The position numbers were made by a program, and so were the translations under genes. This document shows positions 31,354 to 41,082 of a stretch of 64,000 nt of DNA, one piece after another. The notes under the pieces are model-generated. The model saw only the letters and a program-made list of their open reading frames with translations, was not told the origin of the DNA and searched no databases. Where the stretch lies: the NCBI GenBank assembly GCA_963838035.1, contig CAWIPM010000009.1:40229-104228 (forward strand). Direction: 5' to 3'. Position 1 is the first letter of the stretch. The number at the start of each line of letters is the position of its first letter. This stretch comes from an uncultured Solirubrobacterales bacterium (lineage in GTDB: Bacteria; Actinomycetota; Thermoleophilia; Solirubrobacterales; 70-9).

Positions 31354-31758
31354 ATGGATTCCCTCACCGTGCTGGGTATCGGCATCGCGATCGGGATGCT
31401 CGCCGGCGCCGCCGGCACCCACGGCTCCGCGCGCGGCAGGATGACGCTGCTCGCCGCCGTGATCGGTCTGGCGGTCGGTTTCCTGCTCGAAGGCCCGCTC
31501 GGCGCCGTCCTCACTCTGCTCGGCGCCGTCGTCGCCTGCCTCGTGATCAGCGATCTCGTCTCCGGCGCGGGCCGTCGTGAGGGCGGCCGCGGCAGCGCCC
31601 TCGGCTTCCTCGTCTCGCTCACGGCGCTGGTGGTCGTCGCGATCTCGCTCCTGATCCCGGTCGCTGTCCTTCTGGTACTGGCCGCGCTGATCTGGCTCGG
31701 CCTCGCCCGCCGCCGCCGTGCCCAGCGCAAACACGCAGGGCTGCGGGTCCTGCGCTAA
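31354..31758 (+). CDS. hypothetical small integral membrane protein
   Basis: About four hydrophobic helices, an Arg-rich tail and GC3-rich codons. No recognisable family. Confidence 0.4.
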   Translation: MDSLTVLGIGIAIGMLAGAAGTHGSARGRMTLLAAVIGLAVGFLLEGPLGAVLTLLGAVVACLVISDLVSGAGRREGGRGSALGFLVSLTALVVVAISLLIPVAVLLVLAALIWLGLARRRRAQRKHAGLRVLR

Positions 31759-31783
31759 GCGGGTCGAGCATCATTCAGGGGCG

Positions 31784-33316
31784 ATGCCCCCGAAGGCGCG
31801 TTCCGACAAGAAGCTCGTCCTCGCCTACGTCGACTCGATGCGCACCGACATGCTGGAACGCGCGGTGGCCGACGGGCGCGCGCCGACCTTCGGGGCGCTG
31901 ATCGAACGCGGCGTGCTCGTCCCCGATTGCGTCTCCAGCTTCCCGTCGGTGACCCCGGTGGCGTGCGCCGAGATGGTCACCGGCGTGGGCGCCGAGCGCC
32001 ACTGGATCAGCGGCATGAACTGGTATCACCGGCTCGAGTGCCGCTACGTCGAGTACGGCTCCTCGCTCGATGCGACCCGGGCCTTCGGCGTCTTCCGCAC
32101 CCTCTACGACCTCGTCTACAACATGAACCTGGCCCACCTCAGCCCGGAGGTCGAGACGTTGTTCGAGCAGCTCGACGACGGCGGCGCGCGGACCGCCAGC
32201 ACGCCGTTTCTGATCTACCGCGGACGGCATCGGCACCAGGTCTCCCTCGACGGCTTGCTGCGGCGGGCGGTCGACGCGACCAGTCTCAAGTTCCGTCACC
32301 ACACCTGGGGGCCGGCGGAGCTCTTCTACGGCGACCTATACGCCAGCCGCGAGCTGCCCTGCAAGTCGACCTCGATCCCGGGCAGCCGTGACGGCTACTC
32401 GGCCTGCTGCTCGGCCGCGCTCGCCGAGGCCGACCTCTTCGACTTCCTCCTCTTCTCGCTGCCCGACAACGACAACTACTCGCACCGCCACGGGCCCGAG
32501 GCGAGCGTCGAGTCGATCGCCAAGGCCGACCACTGTTTCGCGAAGCTGACCGACGCCGTGGGCGGCCTCGATTCCTTCCTCGAGCAGCACGCGTTGATCC
32601 TTCTGGCAGACCACGCGCAGACCGCGGTCCACCGCGGCCTGCCTCTGGCAGAGCTGCTCGACCGGGAGTGGGCGGTGCTGCAGCCTTCGGAGGACCGGCC
32701 GGAGCGCGCACAGCTGGCGGTCAGCCCGTCCGGGCGCGCCGCGCAGGTCTACCTGCTTCCCGGCGAGGGAGAGCGCCCCGCGCCTGGCGCGGTGCGACGG
32801 GCTCTCGCCGAGATCGAAGGGGTCGAGCTGGTCTGCCGGCTGGAGAGCGCGAGCGGCGAGCCCCTCGACCGCAGCGAGCCCGGGATGCCGGCCGGGGGAG
32901 GGGAGGTGGCGGTGGTCGAGCGGGCGGGGGAGCTACTTCGCTTCCGTCCCGGCGGCGCGGTCGAGGACCTGCGCGGCGGGGTTTGGGAGGTGGAGGGGGA
33001 GCTGTCTGCCCTGAGGGCTTCGATCGAGGACGGCCGGCTGCGCAGCGAGGAGTTCCCGGACCCGCTGGCCCGCGTCTGGTCCGCCTTGACCGCGCCGCAC
33101 GCAGGCGACTTCGTCGTCTCGCTGGCGCCCGGCTACGAGGCGGTCGATTGGGGCGGCGCCACCCACGTCCCCGGCGGCAGCCACGGCTCGCTCCGCGCCG
33201 GCGACTCGCTGGGGCCGCTGCTGTTGGTCGGCTGCGGCCCCGAGGATGCGGGCCGGCGGGAGCAGTGGGCGTTGCGCGACGTGGCACCGGTGGTCCGGGA
33301 GCATTTCGGACTATGA
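31784..33316 (+). CDS. alkaline phosphatase superfamily protein (nucleotide pyrophosphatase/phosphodiesterase-like)
   Basis: VDSMRTDM...FPSVTPVACAEMVTG (nucleophile Thr context), DNDNYSHRHGP and GGSHGSL metal-ligand-like motifs. The ATG at 31784 is chosen. Confidence 0.6.
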   Translation: MPPKARSDKKLVLAYVDSMRTDMLERAVADGRAPTFGALIERGVLVPDCVSSFPSVTPVACAEMVTGVGAERHWISGMNWYHRLECRYVEYGSSLDATRAFGVFRTLYDLVYNMNLAHLSPEVETLFEQLDDGGARTASTPFLIYRGRHRHQVSLDGLLRRAVDATSLKFRHHTWGPAELFYGDLYASRELPCKSTSIPGSRDGYSACCSAALAEADLFDFLLFSLPDNDNYSHRHGPEASVESIAKADHCFAKLTDAVGGLDSFLEQHALILLADHAQTAVHRGLPLAELLDREWAVLQPSEDRPERAQLAVSPSGRAAQVYLLPGEGERPAPGAVRRALAEIEGVELVCRLESASGEPLDRSEPGMPAGGGEVAVVERAGELLRFRPGGAVEDLRGGVWEVEGELSALRASIEDGRLRSEEFPDPLARVWSALTAPHAGDFVVSLAPGYEAVDWGGATHVPGGSHGSLRAGDSLGPLLLVGCGPEDAGRREQWALRDVAPVVREHFGL

Positions 33317-33382
33317 GCGCGGAGCGACCGAGCATGCACGCCCGCTTCATCGCGCCGGGAATGGAGCGAGAACATTGGTGAA

Positions 33383-34780
33383 ATGACCGGAACCACCGTA
33401 TGGCACGGGTACCAGGCGGCCTGGGAGATGGCGCGCGGCTACTCCGGCGCCTTCGGGCACAAGCTCAACGCTCCGTACGTCTTCCTGCCGATCTGCGCGA
33501 TCTTCCTGATCGGGCTGGTCGATTGGCGCCGCCCCTGGCGGATCGCCAACCTCGACCTCCTCGTCCTGCTCGGCTTCGGCGTCTCCCACATCTGGTTCAA
33601 CCGCGGCGAAATCGGCGTCTCGGTCCCCCTCCAGTACCCGCCACTCGCCTATCTGCTCGCCCGGGCGCTTTGGACCGGCCTTCGCGGCAGGGGGGAGGGT
33701 CTGCGCCCTGTCTGGCCGGCGGCCTGGCTGTTGATTGCAGCGCTGTTCCTGATGGGCTTCCGGGTCGGGCTCAACATGGCCGACTCCGGCGTGATCGACG
33801 TCGGCTACGCCGGCGAGGTCGGCGCCGACCGCATAGCCCATGGCGAACCGATCTACGCCAACTTCCCCAAGGACGTCTCCCAGGGCGACACATACGGCCC
33901 GGTCACCTACTACGCCTATGTCCCCTTCGAGCGGATCTGGCCCTGGTCGGGCACCTGGAACGATCTCCCGGCCGCCCACGGCGCGGCCGTCTTCTTCGAC
34001 CTGGCCACGTTTGCCCTGCTGATCTTCCTGGGAATGAGGATCCGCCCTGGCCCATCCGGCCGCCGGCTGGCCGCAACCCTGGCCTTCGGCTGGGCCGCCT
34101 ACCCCTACACCGACTTCGCCCTGCAGTCGAACTCGAACGACACCCTGGTCGCGCTGCTGCTCGTCGCAACGCTGCTGCTCCTCGCCCGCCCGGCCGCCCG
34201 CGGCGCGGCGCTCGCCCTCGCCACCTGGGCGAAGTTCGCCCCGGCCGTCCTGGCGCCGATGCTCCTCACCTACCGCTCCCCAGAGGCGGGACCTCATCCC
34301 CGCGGCAGGACCCGCGGCCCACTCGCTTTCGCGGCCGGCTTCATCCTGATCACGGTCCTGGCCCTGCTCTGGCCCGCGATCGACCCGGGCCTGCGCACCT
34401 TTTACGAGAGGACCGTCGGCTACCAGGCCGGCCGCGACTCCCCGTTCAGCATCTGGGGCCAGGTCCCAGGCCTGGAACCCCTGCGCATCGCGCTACTGGC
34501 CGCAACGGGAGCTCTGTCACTGCTCCTGGCCTTCCGTCCTCGTCACAAGACCCTGGTCCAGGTGGCTGCCCTGGGCGCTGCCCTCCTGATCGCCCTCCAA
34601 CTGACCATGCACCACTGGTTCTACCTCTACATAGTCTGGTTCTACCCGCTGCTGCTGGTCGCGTTGGCCGGCATCAAGAACGCCTCTATCGAGGCCGACA
34701 GCCCCTCGTCGTTGACGTCGACGACCGCGCCCATGACCCAGACGTCTTCGTCTGCCGTTTCGAACCTGACCGGCATCTGA
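33383..34780 (+). CDS. polytopic membrane protein, GT-C/DUF2029-like glycosyltransferase candidate
   Basis: More than 10 predicted helices, with an early extracytoplasmic loop containing ADSGVIDVGYAGEVGADRI...GDTYGPVTYY. The family assignment is tentative. Confidence 0.45.
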   Translation: MTGTTVWHGYQAAWEMARGYSGAFGHKLNAPYVFLPICAIFLIGLVDWRRPWRIANLDLLVLLGFGVSHIWFNRGEIGVSVPLQYPPLAYLLARALWTGLRGRGEGLRPVWPAAWLLIAALFLMGFRVGLNMADSGVIDVGYAGEVGADRIAHGEPIYANFPKDVSQGDTYGPVTYYAYVPFERIWPWSGTWNDLPAAHGAAVFFDLATFALLIFLGMRIRPGPSGRRLAATLAFGWAAYPYTDFALQSNSNDTLVALLLVATLLLLARPAARGAALALATWAKFAPAVLAPMLLTYRSPEAGPHPRGRTRGPLAFAAGFILITVLALLWPAIDPGLRTFYERTVGYQAGRDSPFSIWGQVPGLEPLRIALLAATGALSLLLAFRPRHKTLVQVAALGAALLIALQLTMHHWFYLYIVWFYPLLLVALAGIKNASIEADSPSSLTSTTAPMTQTSSSAVSNLTGI

Positions 34781-35430
34781 GTGATGAACCGAGCAAGCGC
34801 CTGCTCCGGTTTCACCCCGAGCACGCTGGTTCGCGAACCGGTCATGCCCACGTCGGAGATGTACGCCGTTCCCTTGGGCAGGACCCGTGCGTCCGCCGTC
34901 GGCACGTGAGTGTGCGTGCCGAGGACCGCCGCCACCCGCCCGTCGAGGTGCCATCCCATCGCCACCTTCTCGCTGGTCATCTCCGCGTGGAAGTCGACAA
35001 TGACCAGATCGGCCTCGATCCGCTCGAGGATGCTGTCGACCTCGTGGAAGGGGGAGCGGGCCACCTTCAGCCCCTCGGCGCCGCTCAGGTTGATCACCCC
35101 GACCCGCTTTCCTCCGACCTCGACCACGGTGTGGCCCCGCCCCGGGTTCGCGTGCGGGTAGTTGGCCGGCCGGATCACGCGGGGCTCCCGGTCGAGGAAA
35201 TCGTAGGCCTCTCGGTGACGGTAGACATGGTTGCCGCTGGTGATCACGCCGGCCCCCGACTCGAACAGGTCACGCGAGGTCTTCTCGGTGATCCCCATCC
35301 CCCCTGCAGAGTTCTCCCCGTTGACGACCACGAGGTCCGGGGAGTAGCGCTCCCGCAGCCCGGGCATCGCCTCGCGCAATCCCCGGCGCCCCGGACCGCC
35401 GACCACGTCGCCGATGAAGAGGATCTTCAC
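34642..35430 (-). CDS. ymdB: YmdB-family metallophosphoesterase (2',3'-cyclic-nucleotide 2'-phosphodiesterase)
   Basis: VKILFIGDVVGGPGRR, VVVNGENSAGGMGIT, GNHVYRH and VDFHAEMTSEK. The start is the GTG at 35430. Confidence 0.8.
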   Translation of the reverse strand: MKILFIGDVVGGPGRRGLREAMPGLRERYSPDLVVVNGENSAGGMGITEKTSRDLFESGAGVITSGNHVYRHREAYDFLDREPRVIRPANYPHANPGRGHTVVEVGGKRVGVINLSGAEGLKVARSPFHEVDSILERIEADLVIVDFHAEMTSEKVAMGWHLDGRVAAVLGTHTHVPTADARVLPKGTAYISDVGMTGSRTSVLGVKPEQALARFITQMPVRFETADEDVWVMGAVVDVNDEGLSASIEAFLMPANATSSSG

Positions 35431-35440
35431 GAGCTGGACC

Positions 35441-36820
35441 CTAGACCGCGGCGAAGCGGCGCAGCGCAATGCGGGCGAGCAGGCCATAGGCGGCGATCAG
35501 CGCGAGCAGGTGCAGCAGGGCCCCGCCGATCCCCGGTCCGGCCGAGTCGAGGGCCGCGGTCATCGCCTGTAGCGCGGGCTTGAACGGGAAGAGCGCGGTG
35601 ACCAGCTCGATCCCGCTGTAGAGGCCCGGGCCGACCGCGCCCGAGGGAACCAGGGAGAGGAAGGCGATCGGCAGCGTGACCATGAAGGCGAGCAGCGAGA
35701 CCGCCCGGACCTCGCGAGCCGCCGCCCCGAGCGCCGCCCCGGCGGTCGCGAGCGCAGCGCCGCCGGCGAGGATCGCCGCCAGCCAGAGCCCGACGCGACT
35801 CCAGTGCAGGGGCACGAAGATCTCCAGCCCGGCGAGCATCAGCAGGGTGACCGCCAGGCCGACGCCGATTCCGAGCGCGACCTTCTCGACGAGCAGAGCC
35901 GAGGGCGAGACGAGGCCGCGGGTGAGTCGGGAGAAGGCGTTCTCCTCTCGCTCCAGGGCGAGCGAGCCGGCGACGAGGAGGACGGTGACGAAGGCCAGGG
36001 TGAAGGTCGCCGCGACGGCGATGGCGAAGGCTTCGAGCGGCGGGGTCGAGCCGTTGACGACCTGCTTGTCGACTTCGATCGGTTGCGCGAGCCTGTCGAT
36101 CAGCGGCGCTGCGACGTCGAGGTTTTCGCGCGCCAGGACCGCGAAGCGCGTGACCTGGTCGAGTGAGTTGCGCAGCGGCCCCGCCGGAAGCGCCGGGCGC
36201 AGCGCTTCGAGGATCTGGGCGCTGGCGCGCATGCCGAGGATCGGGAACGACTGGCCGATCGCGTGGAAGGTCCCGCCGTTGACGACGAGGTTGAGGTAGC
36301 GGCCGCCTTCGACCGCGATCCGTCGCGCGATCAGCAGGTTCGCCTGCGCCAGCAGCGAGCTGATCCGATCGTCGACCAGCTGCGCCTTGATCGGGTCCTC
36401 CTGGTTGACGATCACCTCGACCTTCGGCGTGGCGGGGCTCAACGTCGAGAGCGAGTTGATCCGGTCGACCAGGTCGGCGGGCAGGACCAGGCCCGCCAGC
36501 ACGTCACCCGAGCGGACCTCGTCGATCGCTTCGCGCCGGCTCTTGACGCGGACGCACTCGACCCGCCGGCAGATCCGGTCGCTGACCCCGAGCGCGGGGA
36601 GCTGCTGCCCGCCGACGGTGACCCGCGTCCCGCTCGGGATCTCATTGAGGAAGGCGACCCGCGGCTTCTCCGGCCCGCGCGATATCGCGAACCCGACCAG
36701 CACGGCGATCAGAACCGGGTAGACGACCAACAGCACGGCCTGCAGCGGCGAGCGCCGCAGGATCTGCAGGTCCTTGAGCAGCAGCCAGCGCACGGAGCGC
36801 AAGGAGCCGAGCGCGCGCAT
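35441..36820 (-). CDS. ABC-2 type transporter permease with large first extracytoplasmic loop
   Basis: LLKDLQILRRSPLQAVLLVVYPVLIAVL, a loop of about 200 aa, then five further helices. The ATG at 36820 lies 4 nt after the ATPase stop. Confidence 0.65.
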   Translation of the reverse strand: MRALGSLRSVRWLLLKDLQILRRSPLQAVLLVVYPVLIAVLVGFAISRGPEKPRVAFLNEIPSGTRVTVGGQQLPALGVSDRICRRVECVRVKSRREAIDEVRSGDVLAGLVLPADLVDRINSLSTLSPATPKVEVIVNQEDPIKAQLVDDRISSLLAQANLLIARRIAVEGGRYLNLVVNGGTFHAIGQSFPILGMRASAQILEALRPALPAGPLRNSLDQVTRFAVLARENLDVAAPLIDRLAQPIEVDKQVVNGSTPPLEAFAIAVAATFTLAFVTVLLVAGSLALEREENAFSRLTRGLVSPSALLVEKVALGIGVGLAVTLLMLAGLEIFVPLHWSRVGLWLAAILAGGAALATAGAALGAAAREVRAVSLLAFMVTLPIAFLSLVPSGAVGPGLYSGIELVTALFPFKPALQAMTAALDSAGPGIGGALLHLLALIAAYGLLARIALRRFAAV

Positions 36821-36824
36821 CTGC

Positions 36825-37556
36825 TCAGTGCCCCCGGTGCTGGAGGTAGGCGACGAACGCGGTCTCGAAGTCGCTGTCGGCAGCCTCCGGAGCCTCCCGG
36901 CGGACCGCCTCCCGCAGCCCCTCGGCCGCGCCATCGAAAAGTGCCTCTCCGTCGGCGAGCACGAGCAGCCGCCTCCCGTAGCGCTCCGCCTCCTGGATGT
37001 CGTGGGTGGAGAAGATCACCGTCGTCCCTCGTCCCACCAACCCCGAGACGAACTCCCACAGCCGAGCTCGCTGGCGCGGATCGAGCCCGACGCTGGGCTC
37101 ATCCAGCAGCAGCACAACGGGACGAGACAGCAACCCGATCGCGACGTTGATCCGTTGCTGGTTCCCACCTGAGAGCCGGGCCACGGTCTCTCCCCGCCGC
37201 TCCCCGAGGCCGCTCAGCTCGAGCATCTCCTCAGTCGAAGCCCGTGGGTCCTCACGCCCCTCTAGCCGGGCGAACAGCAGCAGGTTCTCCTCCACCGTCA
37301 GCCGCCGGTATAGCGACGCCTGCTGGGGCACCCATCCGACCTCTCCCTGGGGCAGGTGAACCTCCCCCTCATCAGCCTTGGCGGTCCCGGCAAGAATCGA
37401 TAGCAGCGTCGTCTTCCCGGCCCCGTTGGGCCCGATCACCGCCAGCAGCTCGCCGGCGCGGGCTTCGAGATCGACGCCGCGCAGGGCAGCTTGCCCCCCA
37501 TAGCGCTTGGCCAGCCCTCGCGCCTGCAGCGCTGCCGTCTCGGTCCCCGAGGCCAT
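36825..37556 (-). CDS. ABC transporter ATP-binding protein
   Basis: Walker A GPNGAGKTTLLS, signature LSGGNQQRINV and Walker B LLLDEPSVGLD. The ORF-track N-terminal extension to 38141 overlaps hemB and is rejected. Confidence 0.85.
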   Translation of the reverse strand: MASGTETAALQARGLAKRYGGQAALRGVDLEARAGELLAVIGPNGAGKTTLLSILAGTAKADEGEVHLPQGEVGWVPQQASLYRRLTVEENLLLFARLEGREDPRASTEEMLELSGLGERRGETVARLSGGNQQRINVAIGLLSRPVVLLLDEPSVGLDPRQRARLWEFVSGLVGRGTTVIFSTHDIQEAERYGRRLLVLADGEALFDGAAEGLREAVRREAPEAADSDFETAFVAYLQHRGH

Positions 37557-37589
37557 CGCCGGAACGCTACCCGGCCTAGAATCGGCAGG

Positions 37590-38561
37590 ATGCCCTTCCC
37601 GGCCACCCGCCTGCGCCGCCTGCGCCGCACCGAGGCCCTGCGCGGGCTCGTGCGCGAGACCGAGCTGTCGCCGTCGCACCTGGTCCAGCCGCTCTTCGTC
37701 GTCGCCGGCAGCGACGGCCGCGAAGGGGTCGAGTCGATGCCGGGTGTCGAGCGCTTCTCGATCTCCGAACTCGTCGCCGAGGCCACCGAGGTCGCCGCGG
37801 CCGGCGTCGGGGCTGTCCTCCTCTTCGGCGTCCCCTCGATCAAAGACGAGTCGGGCTCGGGCGCCTACGACGACGAGGGCATCGTGCAGATGGCGGTGCG
37901 GGCGCTGAAGGAGGCCCACCCCGACCTGGTCGTCATCACCGACGTCTGCCTCTGCGAGTACACCTCGCACGGCCACTGCGGCTTTGTGCGCGAGGGCGAG
38001 GTGGACAACGACGTCACGGTGGAGCTGCTCGCCAAGACGGCGATCTCCCACGCCGAGGCCGGCGCTGACGCGGTGGCGCCGAGCGACATGATGGACGGTC
38101 GGGTCGGCACGATCCGCTTCCAGCTCGACGAGGAGGGCCACTCCGGCGTGCCGATCATCGCCTACAGCGCAAAGTACGCCTCAGCCTTCTACGGCCCCTT
38201 CCGAGACGCGGCCGAGTCGTCGCCCGAGTTCGGCGACCGACTTGGCTACCAGATGGATCCCGCCAACGCCGCCGAAGCGGTTCGCGAGGCGCAGCTCGAC
38301 CTCGATGAGGGGGCCGACATGGTGATGGTCAAGCCGGCCACTCCCTACCTCGACGTCGTCCGCCGGGTCAAGGAGGAGACCGCCGCCCCGCTCGCCGCCT
38401 ACCATGTCTCCGGCGAGTACTCGATGCTGAAGGCGGCCGCGGCCAACGACTGGATCGACGAGCGCGCGGCGGTGGTGGAGACGCTGACCTCGATTCGCCG
38501 CGCCGGCGCCGACGTGATCGTCACCTACTACGCGAAGGAGGCCGCAGGGTGGCTTCAGTAG
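37590..38561 (+). CDS. hemB: porphobilinogen synthase (delta-aminolevulinic acid dehydratase)
   Basis: TRLRRLRRTEALRGLVRET, VAPSDMMDGRV, the active-site MVKPA, and YHVSGEYSM. Confidence 0.9.
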   Translation: MPFPATRLRRLRRTEALRGLVRETELSPSHLVQPLFVVAGSDGREGVESMPGVERFSISELVAEATEVAAAGVGAVLLFGVPSIKDESGSGAYDDEGIVQMAVRALKEAHPDLVVITDVCLCEYTSHGHCGFVREGEVDNDVTVELLAKTAISHAEAGADAVAPSDMMDGRVGTIRFQLDEEGHSGVPIIAYSAKYASAFYGPFRDAAESSPEFGDRLGYQMDPANAAEAVREAQLDLDEGADMVMVKPATPYLDVVRRVKEETAAPLAAYHVSGEYSMLKAAAANDWIDERAAVVETLTSIRRAGADVIVTYYAKEAAGWLQ

Positions 38562-39643
38562 ACACCTCGAAGGTCCCCCAGTCGAAGGCCCGCAGCCGCA
38601 AGGACGGCGCCGCCGTCGCGCTGGACGAGACCGACAAGCGGCTGATGAACCTCCTGCAGTCGAGCTTTCCGCTCGACTCGGAGCCCTTCGCCCGCATCGC
38701 CGCGGCGGCCGAGCTGGAGCTGGCCGACGTGCTTACCCGCACCCGGCGCCTGCTCGACGAGCGGATCATCCGCGAGATCACCCCGATCTTCGACACCCGC
38801 GCGCTCGGCTACGAGTCGATGCTGGTCGCCGCCAAAGTCGACTCCGAGCACCCCCAGCGCGCCGCCAAGATCGTCAACTCCCACCCGGGCGTCTCCCACA
38901 ACTACCTGCGCACCCACGACTTCAACCTCTGGTTCACGATCGCCACGCCGCCCGACTCCGAGCTGGGGCTCGCAGGCACGCTCGACGTCTTGATGCGGGA
39001 GACGGGCGCTGAGTCGATGCGGCAGCTGCCGACCCTGACGCTGTTCAAGATCAACATGAACCTGGAGATGGAGAAGGGAACCGCCGCGCTCGCCGCGAGC
39101 GCCGACGCCTCACCGCCCCGCGAGCTCGACGCGCAGCCCTATGACGATCGCGACATCGCCGTGATTCGCGCCCTGCAGGGGCCGATGGACGCGGTCGAGC
39201 GCCCCTACGACGAGGCCGCCAGCGAGCTGGGGATAAGCACAGAGGGCCTGCTCGACCACCTGCGCGGCATGGTCGAGCGCAAGATCCTGCGCCGCGTCGC
39301 CGCGATCCTCTACCACCGCCGCGCCGGCTTCTCGGCCAACGGGATGGGGGTCTGGAAGGTCCCCGAGGGCGAGATCATGGAGATGGGCGCCCGCATGGCC
39401 TCCTTCCGCGGCATCTCCCACTGCTACCAGCGCCCCACCTACGAGGATTGGCCCTACAGCGTCTTCACCATGGCCCACGGCCGTTCGAAGGAGGAGTGCG
39501 ACGCGATCCTCGACTCGATCGCCGAGGAATGCGGGATGGGCCCCGACGACCGCGCCACCCTCTACTCCTCGACCGAGTACAAGAAGATCCGCCTCCACTA
39601 TTTCACCGACGAGTACGCCGCCTGGGAGGCCGAACATGCGTAG
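38549..39643 (+). CDS. fused two-module AsnC-like siroheme decarboxylase (AhbA/AhbB, NirDL-like)
   Basis: There are two tandem modules. Module 1 reads LMNLLQSSFPL...HPGVSHNYLRTHDFNLWFT. Module 2 reads IRALQGPM...GISHCYQRPTYEDWPYSVFTMAHG. Confidence 0.65.
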   Translation: MASVDTSKVPQSKARSRKDGAAVALDETDKRLMNLLQSSFPLDSEPFARIAAAAELELADVLTRTRRLLDERIIREITPIFDTRALGYESMLVAAKVDSEHPQRAAKIVNSHPGVSHNYLRTHDFNLWFTIATPPDSELGLAGTLDVLMRETGAESMRQLPTLTLFKINMNLEMEKGTAALAASADASPPRELDAQPYDDRDIAVIRALQGPMDAVERPYDEAASELGISTEGLLDHLRGMVERKILRRVAAILYHRRAGFSANGMGVWKVPEGEIMEMGARMASFRGISHCYQRPTYEDWPYSVFTMAHGRSKEECDAILDSIAEECGMGPDDRATLYSSTEYKKIRLHYFTDEYAAWEAEHA

Positions 39644-39741
39644 CCCTCGCGAAGCGAACGCCGCAATCTGATTCTTCGTGAGCGAAGCGAGCGCGGAATG
39701 CGGCGCGGATCCCCGCCACCCCCCGACGCGAGGCGGAGGAG

Positions 39742-41031
39742 GTGGCGGAACTCATGGGGATGAGCCCTCGGTCCGCTGAGCTGTACCGGCGAGCGCTTCG
39801 GGTGCTGCCCGGAGGGGTCAACAGCCCGGTGCGAGCGATGCGGCAGATCGGGCGGGAGCCGATCTTCGTCGAGCGTGGTGAGGGCTGCGAGCTGCTCGAC
39901 GTCGACGGCAACCGCTACCTCGACTGGGTCGGCTCCTGGGGCCCGGCGATCCTCGGCCACGCCCATCCCGCGGTGGTCGCGGCGATCGTCGAAGCCGCCG
40001 GGCGAGGCACCGGCTTCGGCGCGGCAACCGCCGCCGAGGTCGAGTTGGCAGAGGAGGTCGTCGCCCGGGTTCCCTCCGTCGAGATGGTTCGCATGACCAG
40101 CTCCGGTACCGAGGCGGCGATGAGCGCCATCCGCCTTGCCCGAGCCGCCACCGGCCGCGACGTCGTGATCAAGTTCGCAGGCGCCTACCACGGCCACTCC
40201 GACGGGCTGCTCGCCGACGCCGGCTCCGGCCTGGCGACGCTCGGCATCCCGGCGAGCCCGGGGGTCACCGCCGCCCAGGCGGCGACCACCGTCGTCGTGC
40301 CCTGGGGCGACCGCGCGGCGGTCGCCGACGCCCTCGACGCCCATCCCGTCGCCGCCCTGCTCGCCGAGCCGGTCGCCGCGAACATGGGCGTCATCCCGCC
40401 CGCCGCGGGCTTTCTCGAGTTCCTCCGCGCGGCGAGCGCCGAGGCGGGCGCGCTGCTCGTCTTCGACGAGGTGATCACCGGCTTCCGGGTCGCCCGCGGC
40501 GGCGCTCAAGAGCTCTACGGCGTCGAGCCAGACCTGACGATCCTCGGCAAGGTGCTCGGCGGCGGGCTGCCGGCCGCCGCTTTCGCCGGGCCCCGCGAGT
40601 TGATGGAGCGGGTCGCCCCCGCCGGCGACGTCTACCAGGCGGGGACGCTCTCCGGCAACCCGCTTGCGGTCGCCGCCGGCATCGCGACGCTGGCCGAGCT
40701 CGACCCACAGGCCTACCGCCGCCTGGGGGAGCTGACCGAGCGCTTCGCTGCCGGCCTCACCGACCTCGCCCGCTCCCGCCCTCTCCAGGTCTCTGCCGCT
40801 CCCGGTCTCCTCACACTCTTCTTCAGCGAGACCCCGGTCCTCGACTTCGCCGCCGCGGCGTCCTGCGACACCGAGGCCCATGCGCAATTCTGCCGCGCCA
40901 TGCTCGCCCGCGGCGTCTATCCACCTCCTTCTCAGTTCGAGGCCTGGTTCGTCTCCCTCGCCCACGACGAGTCAACCATCGACCGCACCCTCGAAGCCGC
41001 CGCCGATTCCCTCAACGAGGTCCTCATATGA
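39742..41031 (+). CDS. hemL: glutamate-1-semialdehyde 2,1-aminomutase
   Basis: LPGGVNSPVRA, SGTEAAMSAIRLAR, FDEVITGFR, and GKVLGGGLP as the PLP-lysine context. The start could instead be 39754 or 39760. Confidence 0.9.
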   Translation: MAELMGMSPRSAELYRRALRVLPGGVNSPVRAMRQIGREPIFVERGEGCELLDVDGNRYLDWVGSWGPAILGHAHPAVVAAIVEAAGRGTGFGAATAAEVELAEEVVARVPSVEMVRMTSSGTEAAMSAIRLARAATGRDVVIKFAGAYHGHSDGLLADAGSGLATLGIPASPGVTAAQAATTVVVPWGDRAAVADALDAHPVAALLAEPVAANMGVIPPAAGFLEFLRAASAEAGALLVFDEVITGFRVARGGAQELYGVEPDLTILGKVLGGGLPAAAFAGPRELMERVAPAGDVYQAGTLSGNPLAVAAGIATLAELDPQAYRRLGELTERFAAGLTDLARSRPLQVSAAPGLLTLFFSETPVLDFAAAASCDTEAHAQFCRAMLARGVYPPPSQFEAWFVSLAHDESTIDRTLEAAADSLNEVLI

Positions 41032-41082
41032 GGCGCCGAACTGCCTTTCCCATCCCTTGTAGGACCAACGCGTTGCGCCGAC

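Noticed and set aside
33400-35583. 727-aa plus-strand ORF
   Set aside because: Its composition is Arg/Pro/Gly-rich and low-complexity. It overlaps a credible polytopic membrane protein in another frame and runs antisense to ymdB. This is a typical shadow ORF of high-GC DNA.
36825-38141. 438-aa version of the ABC ATPase ORF
   Set aside because: The N-terminal ~195 codons are antisense to hemB and have no ABC features. The Walker A region follows the ATG at 37556, so the gene was trimmed to 36825-37556.
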